Shown here: in pieces, positions 32,407-44,500 of the stretch
Numbering within the stretch: position 1 is the stretch's first letter
How the letters are laid out: each line of letters begins with the position of its first letter
From: Podarcis erhardii
Lineage: Eukaryota
Reading direction: 5' to 3' (one strand)
DNA: 64,000 nucleotides
Assembly: GCA_964252035.1 (NCBI GenBank)
Contig: OZ176215.1
Translations under genes and position numbers: made by a program
The notes under the pieces: generated by a model
What the model saw: only the letters and a program-made list of their open reading frames with translations
What the model was told of the DNA's origin: nothing
Database searches by the model: none

Positions 32407-32844
32407 TGTAAGAGATCCTTCTAACTCCTGTTAAAATATAAGCCAGGGTAGTTTCTTGTGATGAGTTGATAGCCTGGGTGATGGGCCATTTAGAGAAACA
32501 AAGGGTGTCTGTGTGAGATAGCAGCTTGGAAATTGTTAGGCCAAAGCCTGAGTTTAGAGTTGAGTTGCAGTGATGTGACCTAAAAGGAAAGCAGCAAGAT
32601 GGAGTCAAAGATGTTTGAGTGCAATGTTTGATTTCTGTATGAAGCCAAGGTTGCGGCCAGGGGAGAAACAAGACCCTTTTTGGGTCTTGTGATCCCCTCC
32701 ATCTAGGCTCAGGCTGTATATGTGTAAATAAACCATATATTCTAAAGACACCACAGTCTCTTCTGTGCCTCATTTCCAAAGGAAACACAAAACCTGGAAC
32801 CCCTGGAATCTCTCACTGCTCAGAAATTGGGGTGATGGGCAACA
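32407..32844 (+). mobile_element. Probable solo LTR
   Basis: Starts TGTAAG, ends CAACA, internal AATAAA at 32727-32732; no matching TSD found. Confidence 0.5.
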
Positions 32845-33573
32845 ATATTATAATGCTTCCCACCATGGGCAGTAAAACTGGATGTGGGGAATCTGTGAAC
32901 AGAGGTCCTGACTTTTAAAATTATTGTCATTTCAAGCCAGACGGGGCCTGAGGAGTGGCAGCCGGGAGGGGGCTGTTTAACCCTTTCCACTGCACCATTT
33001 CCCTGATCTAAATGGCACCTGACACTCCTGTGGAGCTGTGGAGAGAAAAACACAGGCCCAGTTGAGGTACCCAAACATTTCCCTGAATAGCAGCTGGGTC
33101 GGGGGGGGGTGTCATTGACACTGGGGAAACAGCCAGCTATAAAGTTCTCCCTCACAATGTATATTTCAATTCTTCAATTTTTTTAAAAAACCCATTTATT
33201 CCCTTTGTCACTGAGAGGGTTTTGTGGTGAACAGTTGACACACCCCTTCCAAGTGGGGGGGGGGACTTCTTTACTCCAGTGTAGGCCCATTGAATGCTGC
33301 TAAACTTGTCTGGAGTGAACCAATTATACTCAAATGGCATCCCTCCCCTCCCTCCTGACTCTTCAGTTATCTCCTGGAGGCAGATCCCAGGTAGATTTAC
33401 CTGGAAACAAGCCCACAACAGAACTTACACCCAAGAAAGCAGGTTCAGAGCTTTAAGTGTTTCTTCCACATTCCCCTCAGTGGCTTTAATTTCCAAAGCA
33501 GCTTCTTCCTTTCTTTATCACCGTTAATCATTAATTTGGTCCCATGGAAAGAGCCCTGACTTCACCCTGGCCA

Positions 33574-33756
33574 AGGGCCACAGCTCAGCAGGAGAGCACC
33601 TGCTTTGCATGCAGAAGGTCCCAGGTTCAGTCCCTGCTGGCATTTCCAGATACGACTGGCAGAGATCCTGTCTGAAATTCCAGAAAGCTGCTGCCGGTCA
33701 GTGTAGACAATGCTAAGCTAGATGGACTGACTGGGTATAAGGCTGCTTCCCATGTT
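33574..33756 (+). mobile_element. tRNA-Ala-derived SINE (related copies about 45290-45500 -, 47950-48030 -, 48680-48840 +, 53289-53496 +)
   Basis: gggccacagctcagcaggagagcacctgctttgcatgcagaaggtcccaggttcagtccc head plus shared cagtgtagacaat body. Confidence 0.75.
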
Positions 33757-34140
33757 CACCTCTCACAACGACCCTGAAATTCCATTTGAAAGACAGCAGA
33801 GCTAAGGTCCTCAGTTGGGTATTTTCCAAGTCCTCTCTGCCAGTGAGTCCTGGGCAAGCTGTGGTGAGATTTAGAAACAAGGGGAAGGTTTAAGTTTAAA
33901 ATACAAATATAAGTTTCTATCTTCTGCTGAGAGAGAGGCTACTGGTCCAGCTATGGGCATAGCCAGGCTTTATGTTGGGGGGGGGGTAGAACCGAGTTAT
34001 CTGTGAGACAATTGTTCAGTTAGTTTTTTTATTTATTTACTTGATGGGGGGGCAGCTGTCCCCCCTGCCTACGCCCATGGGTCCAGCTAACCCCATATTG
34101 ACTGCTGTAGCAAAAGCTCTCCAGACGTCTCAGTCTAGAG

Positions 34141-34391
34141 CAGGGGTCAGCAAACTTTTTCAACAGGGGACCGGTCCACTGTCCCTCAGACCTTGTGGGA
34201 GGCAGGACTATATTTTGAAGAAAAAAAAATGAATGAGTTCCTATGCCCCACAAATAATCCAGAGATGCATTTTAAATAAAAGCACACATTCTACTCATGT
34301 CAAAACACGCTGATTCCTGGACTGTCCATGGGCTGGATTGAGAAGGCGATTGGGTCGGATTCGGCCCCCAGGACTTAGTTTCCTGCCCATG
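34141..34391. mobile_element. hAT-Charlie-like MITE (251 bp)
   Basis: caggggtcagcaaact left end; perfect TSD gtctagag. Confidence 0.88.
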
Positions 34392-36162
34392 GTCTAGAGG
34401 GTCTTTCTTAGCCCCTCCATGGACTTTTCCCAACCTGGAGCCCTTCAGGGGCTCATAGGAGCTGCATTCCCAAACAGCTGGAGGGCACCAGGTTGGCAAA
34501 TGTCTACCCCACCATGCAAGAACAGCTGTGGGGTTCCTCTGCTTTTTAAAAAAAGAGTTTTCACTTGGTGGGGTATGAATTGAAGTGCTGCAGGAAATGC
34601 GCTTTAACGTTAAATATGATTTGGGGCAGAGTTGAGCAGGCACATTTATTGGCAGAATCCACACGCAGTCGTTGGCATCAAAAAATATCCTGCCTGTATC
34701 TCCATTCGGGGCCTGGCACAGGATTCAAGGAATGCTGGGAGGGTATAAGAATCTCCAACGGAGACGAAAACAGGTTTCTCTTCCCCTTGACCTCCAGAAT
34801 ATTCTCTTATTAATTACATATTAATAACGTATGAGCAAAGCAGGGTTAGCACCTTCAGCACCAAGAACAATTCAAAAGCCTGTATGTCGGGAACTTTCCA
34901 CTTATTTATTCTAAGCAAGTGACTGAAATGAGATCTTAACATGTCAAGTTTTCATCACATTCCGTATTCAAGCTTGCATTTATTTCAACGAAGCCTTGCC
35001 ATGAGAACTGATACTCATCCCACTGCTTCCAATGGGCTTCCAGTTAAGACCCCCACAGTTTTCAGTGGGCGTTCTTCTCCCTGTATCTGTGCGGTGGTGC
35101 TCAACACATTTTGGAAGAGGGGGCAGCGTTAAAAAAGGCACTTTTGGAGAGAGAAGGGGCAGGTGGTGAGGAGAGGAGCAAGGGGCCCCCAGAAGGAAGC
35201 CTTCCTATCCAGACAGTCTCACTGTCTTCAAGAGGCAGCATGACATAGTGGTTGGAGCATTGGGACTCCAACCTGGGAGAGACCAGGGTTCAAATCCCCC
35301 ACTTGGCCATAAAGCTCACTGGGTGACCTTGAAGGCCAGTCACTGCTTTTTGGCCTAACCTACCTCACAGGGTTGTTGTGGGGGTTAAACGAGGAAGAGA
35401 GAGAGAATCACGCACACCTCCTTGAGCTCTTTGGAGAAAAAGGTGGGCTGGAAGCGCAATCAGTATATAAACATTTGTTTATGAACTGCAGCCAGGCAAA
35501 AGGGAAGATCCTGCCGCCCCACAGACATTTGCCTTGGATGATGGTAGACGTCAAAACCACGCCTGGCCTTCAGATTTATGGGCTGTTTTGAGTTCAAGAT
35601 TTATTGGCCTGAAATGCTGTTATCAAAAGGTAAAGCGATCCCTGGGAATGGGCCAGAGACGTTCCCTGGAGGGGTGGGGAGCCATAACTTTTCCTTCCAC
35701 CAACAAGAAGGGCTGCTCCCCACCGTCTCTGCTCTGCATGTGGAGCAGAAGCCTCAAAGCTCCAACGGGAGTCCATTACCTGCCCTGCCGTCCAGCCATG
35801 TCTGATGTGAATATGGAAGACCTGCATGGGGCCACCTTGAATTAACCCTGACTTCTCTCTTTTCCTCTCTCTGTCACCCACCCATTCACCCCAATGTAAA
35901 TGCAAGTACTCTGCAACAAGAACCTTTGCAGTGTGATGTAGCGGTTAAAATGCTGGACTAGGACCTGGGAGACCAGGGTTCAAATCCACCACTCGGCCAC
36001 AAAGCTCACTGGGTGACATCAAAGGCCAGTCACTGCCTCTTAGCCTAACCTACCTCACAGGGCTGTTGTTGCCCTGTTGTTGCCCCACAGGGCTGCCTTT
36101 CTCTTAGTGCAGGACCCAGGGTGACACATGTCATAAATTACAAGTGACACTAATAAAACATG

Positions 36163-36163
<1 letters not shown>

Positions 36164-36194
<31 letters not shown>
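36164..36194. repeat. (TG)n microsatellite
   Basis: Direct reading. Confidence 0.95.
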
Positions 36195-36197
<3 letters not shown>

Positions 36198-37147
36198 AAA
36201 TAAATAACCCTGTTAAAACCGGCGCTGAATATCATTTAACACATAAAAACACAATGCAAGTGCTCTTTTTGGGCGGTTTTTGCGCCTTTTTCACAGTTTA
36301 AATCAGTTTAATTATTACCCAAAGTCTGTTCAACACTTCACCTCAGCAGAGGCTGAGCCAGGTTCAATTCCTTTATGTCAGAAAAGCTGACTGGGAGACC
36401 TTGGTCAGACTGCTGCCTCTTAGTCTAGCCTGCCTCACAGGGTTGCTGTGTTGACAATGTGGCGTTGGGACAATGTGGTGGCCCCACTCTCTCTTTGGGT
36501 AAAAAGTACAATCATGATCCATGTTGAGGTGAGATTTGAATCCAGAACCTCTGGGTTCATGCCTCATGTTCTTTGCAAGGCAGGCAGAGACTGGGCAGCG
36601 TTGAGTTGTGGTGGCGTAGACATGCTGCCTAAGGGGAGCTCAAGGAGAAAGGGAAACAGAAGCAGATCCCTCGAATAAGCGGCCCACAACCTGTGTTGTG
36701 CATGGAGCAGTCCAGAGAAGGTCGTGACAAAGATCCATCACAGGAGAGAAATCACGGTAATAAAGTTTGGAGCAAACACAATAAATGCAAATCCGGGCTT
36801 CCTGTTTAGAGAAATTAAATTACAGGAGTCAAAAGGCGGGGCAGCAGAGATTTCTTGAGAAAACACCAGCTGCACATTTTCCATTTCCACAGTCTGTGCT
36901 GTGTTTGTGCTCCGGGTGGAGTCAGCTCCTCATTTTTTTAAAAAACACATATTAGGCACAAGGAAAGTCCACCAGAGATCTCACTCTTCAGCTGCCTCAG
37001 AGACTAGGCTCCTGGGGTGAATATCCTGGTTGTGTCCCAGATTTTCTTTTCCCTTTGATTTTTAGGCGGGGCTTTTTCATTATTCCAAACTTGGGCCCCC
37101 TTTCCACTTTAGCTGTGGTTCCTGCATTACTGGGGGTTGGACTAGAC

Positions 37148-37391
37148 CAGGGATGTCCAACCCCCAAGAGACTGATCTACTCATTGGATTGACAATGGCT
37201 GTTGAGCTTTTTTGGGGGGAGGAAGACCCAAAGTTCTTGAGCTTACTCTGGGGAGGCTTCAGCAAAGCGGTTGAGCTTTTTTTCTTTTTGTATTTCTTTT
37301 CTTTTGGTGGGATGATTTAAGAATCACGCAATCGACCAGGAATGCCCTGCGATCGACCGGTGGATCGCAATCGACTGGTTGGACATCCCTG
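37148..37391. mobile_element. hAT MITE (244 bp) inserted in a CR1-type tail
   Basis: Perfect 14-bp TIR cagggatgtccaac/gttggacatccctg; TSD gactagac. Confidence 0.92.
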
Positions 37392-38947
37392 GACTAGACC
37401 TTTGGGATCCCTTCCAACTCTACAATTCTATGATTCAATCTTCCCCAACCCAGAGTCAGAGACAGGTAGGCTGGAGATCAACTTTTATTATTATTATCAA
37501 AACTGTAGTACAACTGTATCAACCCAAAGGTAACCAGCCCTGACCCGATGAGGCAAATTGCTTCGCAACATCATGACCAAAAGCTGTTCCTCAAGATACA
37601 AATGGCCCAACTCCCAGCTTCCAACTAGCCTGGCCTAATTAGCTCCAAATTGCTACCAGCAATCAAGAGTAACTTGGTTATTCTAATTACCTGCCCGCTT
37701 CTTGCTTTCCTCCCTTACTTTTGTTTGATGTAGCATTTAATTTCCTCTTTCTCTCTGACAAACATGGAAAATGGTGCCCTTTATCTTTGCAATCTCCCGG
37801 GGACTGGTCTTCTATATTATCTCTCCGTTCTTCCCTTCTGTACAAACAAACACACCCCAACCCACCTCTTTCCAACTTCTGCTTATTTTTCTTCTTTAAA
37901 GCAACTGATTTAACAGGTTGATTCGAGATAGCAGGTTTGGGATGCAATGTACCTGCCTGCCACTTTGAACGGAGAGTTCAATTTTTTTGAATTCGCACTC
38001 ACCACCATCCACATTCTTGGGCGACTAGTCAAATATTAAGGACTTGCTTTGTATGCAACAGGATTGGGCTTATTCAGGCAGGCCTTTGGGCCTCATAAGA
38101 TTAATAGTTGCCGTCAGGCTAACATTTGCTCTACAATTTTACATATTTTAAGCCAGATTGAAGGCCAGGAACCTAGCCAACCTACAGAAATATAACCGTC
38201 AGGATCGACTTGGAGACTTTATCCCTGTCCAGGCATTCAGACTGCTTCTGCCTACCAGGTGCCCTCCAGATCTTTCAAACTACAGTTCCCATCGGCCCCA
38301 GCCTGTTGCAGCCCAAAATGGCTGTGCTGACAAGGACTGATGAGAACTATAGTCCAAAATATCTGCAGGGCACCAGGATGAAAGCAGAAACATTCCTAGC
38401 CTGAAACACCCGCAATCCCAAACCAAGGATCATTTTGAACCCTGCTCCCTCCGCTACGTACTGTTGAAAGCACTTTAGGGCTTGCTGTATCCACCTTGGC
38501 TGCAACCACGCCTTTGGCTGACTGGAAAGCCAATATAGCGCTTTATATATTGGGAGGGTGGAAGCAGACCTATGAAGGCAAGCTGCATCAGGGTCCCTTT
38601 CTGCAGGTACTTCCAGAAGGGTGTGGATCAGCACCTGGCACCTCCTGGTGGCTACTAGCCCAAGTGGCTCTGCTCTGTCTCCACAGTTAGAGGGAGTGAT
38701 GCTTCTGAATCCCAGTTGCTGGAAAAGGCAGGTTTGCTCTTGTGCTCAGGTCCTGCTTGCTGGTTTCCCATTGGGACACCTGGTTGGCCACTGTGAGAAC
38801 AGGATGTTGGACTAGACGGGCCATTGGACTCATCCAGCAGGGCTCTTCTTACATTCTTATGTCTTGGTCTTGGATGAAATTGCCATCTTTTCAACTTAAT
38901 CCCTCCCCAGCCCCAAGCAAAGTCGACACATTCTTGGTTTTGACTTC

Positions 38948-38953
38948 TTTAAT
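38948..38953 (-). terminator. Candidate distal ARHGEF2 poly(A) signal (ATTAAA)
   Basis: Ends an AU-rich stretch (about 38950-39200) and is followed by a U/G-rich tract; I saw no canonical AATAAA on the minus strand between the stop and here; other ATTAAA near 39113 and 39158. Confidence 0.3.
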
Positions 38954-41450
38954 TAGCCTTTTTTTCCCCTCCTTTCGGTTTACAAGTTAAATCAACAGGA
39001 AACAATAAACCATTTTTTTTCTCGTCATATAATATATATATATATTTATAAAAATCAGTCTTGAGAATTAATTTAAAAACAAAAAGTCCTTTGTAGCGAT
39101 CACTCCCTCTTCTTTAATGTTTTCTATTAAGAGGTGTTATTGGTCAGCACAGCAGGATTTAATTTTTTTAAATTACCTTTACAAAAACAACAACAACCCA
39201 ATGTGTCTTTTTCTAAGATGTTTTGGAAAAATGGGAGTGGGGTGGGAGAGAACATCCATTGAGTTTTACTTCTAGAGATGGGGGAGGATGCATTTGCCAT
39301 CAGAAACGCAGCATTTGAGGAGGGAGCAGCATTTTACTGTATCAAAACTTGTGTTATCTAAAATGGGGTTTCCACCCTGGATATGTACATACATACCTCT
39401 CCCTAAAATAGTTCAGGGATTTTGAGGTGTGCATGCAATTTTCTTTTTATAAGACGGGGAAGAAAAGGCAGCTCGTTCACAAACTCCGTAACCACTCCTT
39501 TCAAATCATATTCACCTTGGGCAGAAAAATTTCTGCTGTGTAATCTGCTCTAGGGCTAACTCTCCATGGGTCACCAAATTGGGTTGAAAACCCTGCTTGT
39601 TTCAGTGGAGTGTGTTATGGTGTAAAGTCTAGAGCTGTAGCCTAATCAAGCTAGCTCCAGGACTCCTTTAAAAACAAACAAACCCTGGATTAAATCTCCC
39701 CCCCATCCCGACAGATATCTTTAAAGAAAAATCCCTAGCTTTGGTACAGAAAGGAAGTCACTAGACTGAGTTAAAAATAAAATTTCCACTGCCCCTCCCC
39801 CAATATACAGCAGGGCCGTCTTCATTACCTGCAAACTATAGGTAACACCATAACTTGGCGAAAATTCTCCCTCCAATAACACGGCCAAGCCTGGTTGGGC
39901 AGCCAGGAGGAATCGTGTCTGCTTCCCAAATGTCCTCCTCATCATTTGAGTAGTTTTAGGGCAAAATTTAGAATCTGAGAGGCAGTCATTCCATTTACTG
40001 TCCTCTAGGAGGCAGTGTGTCAACATATTTTTACAAAGCAGCAGAGGCTCTGCTTGGAATGTTAAGGGCCGCAATATTGTAATGCAGAATTTGCGGGTAC
40101 AATACCCTCTGGGTGTTTTGGGCTACAGTTCCCAGCCTGTGCACCACGGGGCTGATGGGAATTGTAGTCCAAAATATCTGGAGGGTATCAAGTTGTCAGA
40201 TGTTTGCAATATCTCAGTCTCCTGCAAACTGCAATTGCATTAACCAGCCTTCCCAAGGCCTGTCTTGGAGCGATGAATTGTTGTGCTTTAGCAGCTTGAA
40301 TCATTATAAAGATAAATCAGGGGCTTCTGGATGTATTCCCCAAAGGAAGTTCCCCTGTTTTAGCACTTGGGTCAACATTCTCTGGAACTGAAGGTCTTTG
40401 GCAGGGAGCAACCATTTACTACTGAAGCACTTTGTTTCCTGCCACAACTATGAACCCTGAAACTGTGTGTGTGTGTGTGGAACCTGCAACCAGTGTGTGT
40501 GCAACCGGTTTGCCAATTTCTAATGTAGAGTGTTCCTTTAAAGAGGCATTAGAAAGTTTGTTCTTTGTGCTGTGTGTCACAGGGAGAGAGGAATGCCTGT
40601 CTTGGTAGCAGATTTGTGTGTGAGAGAGACAGAGAGAGAATGGGAAGCGGGGAAGGGAGCAGTGTGTCTTATCCAGATAAATAGGGAATACTGGATTCAA
40701 AGTGTGTGTGACCGGGGGGGGGGGGGCGGGGAATCCCTGATGAGGGGTTAAATCCACAACTCCAAGGACACCAGGCACACAAACCTGGTGCTGGGACACA
40801 TGCAGTGTAAGAATTCTGTGGACTCATATGGACTGTCTTGGGTTGACAGACCTTCCTCCTTCCCCTTCTCAAGATGCAGAGGTTGGCCAGGAAAGCAGAA
40901 AACACTACTTCTTGCCCTGTGCACAGAGACCCATGGAGAAGCAATAAAATAAAATAAAGAATAATTTAAAACTTATTCTTTGTAAGGAGAGGGGGGCAGG
41001 CTCCACCCATTCCCAAAATAAATAAAGTTCAACTAAACAGAGGTGGGGTGGGGTTCGGAATCAGCCACATCCCAGGTATTCATGGCACCCGAACTCTCCG
41101 GGTCATCCCCCGCCCTCCCCGCAATCTGAATTGAAGAAGACGCCCTGTGGGGCAATAAGAAGGTGGTCCTCCCCCTGCCCCATCGCCCATCAATGAGGAA
41201 TGATCAAGGCCACAGATCAAGCGGCAGTCCCCATGGGGGGAGCTGTGACCCAGTTCCCGGTGCCTCCCCCCACTCTCAGGGTGTGGTTTCCCGCTACCCC
41301 CCCCTCTTACCCGCCCACAGCCCACTCCAAAGTTAGCTTGGCGTGGCCTTTCCAAGTCCCTGAAGTTCCAGGCATGGCTTTGATTGGAGGAAACCTGGAG
41401 TTTGGTTGGGGGCAGCGGTACCCCAACGTAACCCCACCCTGCCACACCAT

Positions 41451-41536
41451 CTAGCTCTCTGAGGAGCCGCCGTCTCCGACATTCAGTTCCTGGGTGTTCT
41501 CGGCCTCCTCCGGGATGTCCTGCATCCTCTGGAAAT
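41451..41536 (-). CDS. ARHGEF2: ARHGEF2 exon 22 coding part ([28 protein letters not shown])
   Basis: 86 nt, cag acceptor, TAG stop. Confidence 0.92.
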
Positions 41537-44500
41537 CTGGAAACCAGGCAAAAAAGACCTTGTTATCTCAAAAGGCAGTGGTGGATAACGGCCGTTAATG
41601 AAGATCAAAAACAGGAAAGAAAAAGCAGATCGACTGTAGTATGCGGGTCTTTTCTACAGAGACAACTTGGCTCTTACACCTGGACGTTCGCATCAGATCT
41701 TTATCTGCGTGCAAATTTGGCCGAATGTTTAGAATCTGAATCTAGAACCTCAAAATGTAATATTCATACATGTCCAAACTCAATATTGCACAGTCTACAT
41801 TTCTAGGGCCAAGAGCATTGATACCTTGAGAGGGAGGGGAAATCTCTCAGTTTGGTATCAGCTGCAAATCTGATGAGCATTCCTTCATCCATGTCATTTA
41901 TAGAGATGTGGGACAACACCAGGTCCAAGACAGAACCTTGTATCTTAATTATTGTATTTTATTTGTTGCTCTGTGCAAGGCCACCCAAAGAACATATACC
42001 GATGGACATATGTACAGATATGGAAAATAATCAGGTAAGTAAATAAATAAGTGCTCAAAGGGTAAGGGAAAAAAGCTACAGGACCATGATGAAAAGGTGC
42101 CTACAAAAGATTTTACTGGCTTATGCAACAGGATACTTGGCTGGCCATGCCAATGAAGACCTACCATTGACTGCTGTTCCATTTAAAAGCAAATCCCTCT
42201 TTTATTTTCTTTTATTTAAGGCCACTTAATAATTAGCATTTCTAAGTGGTGTATATAAAAATAAGCCATGCGGAGAAAAAAGTCACCGTAAAGCTGAACA
42301 CCACCTTCAAATGCCTGCTGGAACCAGAAAGTCCTTGTCATGCGCCTGAAGTTTACAAGGAGGTTCCCTGTCTAATCTCTATTGGGAGGGAGTTCCACAG
42401 GCTTGGACCAACTGTGTGGCTTCTAGCAGTTATGACCTGTGCATCTGAGCCGTGGGGGGCCACCTGCAAAGAGCTTGGTGATCGGGCAGGGATCTGAGGA
42501 ATCAGGAGGTCCTGGACCCAAGTAAGGTCCTGGACCTGTAAAGTAATGCAAGGCCCTTGAACCTGGCCTGGCGTCATATGGCCATATGGGTTTGGCTTTG
42601 ATTTTAATCTCTCAGGAGAGCCTAAACATAGGGAAAGCTTGGCTATCCTCCCTTGCAGGGGAAGCTGGATGACATCACAGCTTGCAGCATCTCCAGAGAA
42701 AGACGTTTCATCCCTCACCTCTTGGGCTCGAAGGGGGAGAATGTGGGTGGGCAACCCCTCCTCCTTCCTCAGGGAGCACCTCCAGATCGTGGTCACCCTC
42801 CTGGAGTCTACCAGGCGCACCGTGGTAAGCCATGTCATCCCGCTGACAACCGGCGAAGGTCTGGTGGAAGGAGTGGCTGCCAGGAGAGAGCAGGTCGCCT
42901 CCTCGGCTCTGCTATCAGAAAGAGAAGAAGGGGGTGAACCTGGATCAAAGCCTCAAAAGGATGCGTTCCGATGAGCTGTTGGCATTATGGACATACCTTT
43001 CAATACTGTGGTTTTATTAATGTGGGTTGTAGCCAATTACAAATAATGGGCACGATGGACTCAAGTCCAATCAATTCAGTGGACCTACTCTGAGCAGAAG
43101 CAGTAAACAACCCTGGGTCTTTGTTACTGCTAAGCTGCCTTGGAAGGATTTTGCAGAATTGCAGAATTGTAGAGTTGGAAAGGACCCAGAGGGGTCTTAG
43201 CTAAAAGGTAGGCTATAAATAATTATGCATAAATAGATTTAAGCTTCAAAGAGACTTAGGATTCCTTAAAACGCCCCCCCCCCTTTGCAGAGCTCAGGGA
43301 AGGAATAAGGTTTTCCCACCTCCAACTTTGGCATCTCAATGGGGGAACCTAGCTGTAACTAATTGATCTAACACTCCTCCCCTGTTTATTCTGCCACCAT
43401 TTGCTCTATTTTCCTACGTTGATTTTTAGACTTGGAAACCCTCCATTGGACCCTACTGAGATTTTATTGGGATACCTGAAGGGAAATGGCTTAGGGATGG
43501 AAAAAGAAGTACTTTATTATTCGTGGATGGCAGAAAATGTAATTCAGTCCCAGCCAGCATGCCATTTTGCACTCCCACCATCCTCGGCCAGTCCAAACTG
43601 ATGGGAGGCATCTGGAGAGTGCTGGGTTGGCGAATACCAGGCTGACCGGAAAACTTTCGAGCCCAGTGGGAAGATGCGCTTACCGGAGGTGGGGTGAAGC
43701 TTTGGTACAGAGCGTCGCCTGCAGGCAAGCTGCGCCTCCGAGGCTCCGCCCCCTTGCGCCCCCAGGCCGCCTCCAGAGGTTGCCGCAGAGCCACCATCTG
43801 CCTGCGCGCTTCTTCCGCCTCCTGCTCCTGCCGGGCCCTCTCTTGCTCGCTCTCCCGCAGACGGACCTCCAGGGCAGCCACCTCCTGCACTTTCTCCTGG
43901 CAGAGCTGCCGGCAGCGGCTCAGCTCCTCCTGTAGCAGCGTGTGCTGCTTCTGCAGCAGCGAGAGGTCGGTGGCCTGCCGGTCGGCGGAGGAGGAGCCTT
44001 CCTTGCGTGAGTTGGTCCGGCTCAGCCTCTCCCGCCGCTCACCGGCCTCCTGCAGCTGAAGCTCCAGGAGCGAGTCCTGATGCGCCACAACACCCTGGAG
44101 GGGAGCAAAAGGAGAGGCGCCATTAGCAGGAGGCAGGATTGCCTAATCAGCCTTGTTATTGGCTCTCGATATCCAGAAGGGCATTGCAAGGCTGTTGTGC
44201 TGCCACAGACTTGCATCCTGGCCAGCTACAACAGAGGTGAGGATGACAAGCCAAGCATAATCCTGCCCAGTAGCCCTGCCATTATTGAAGAAACTGGCCT
44301 CTGGGGACTCGAAACCAGGCTTTCCCAAGCTGGCGCCCACCAGTTGTTTTAAACTGCAGTGCCCATCAGCCCCCAGCAGCATTGCCATTTTGGACTACAA
44401 TTCCCACCAGTCCCTGGCAACACGATCCTGCTAGCTGGGGCTGATGGGAATTGTAGTCTGATACATGGAAGGCATGAGGTTTTTGGGGGAAAGCTGCTGA

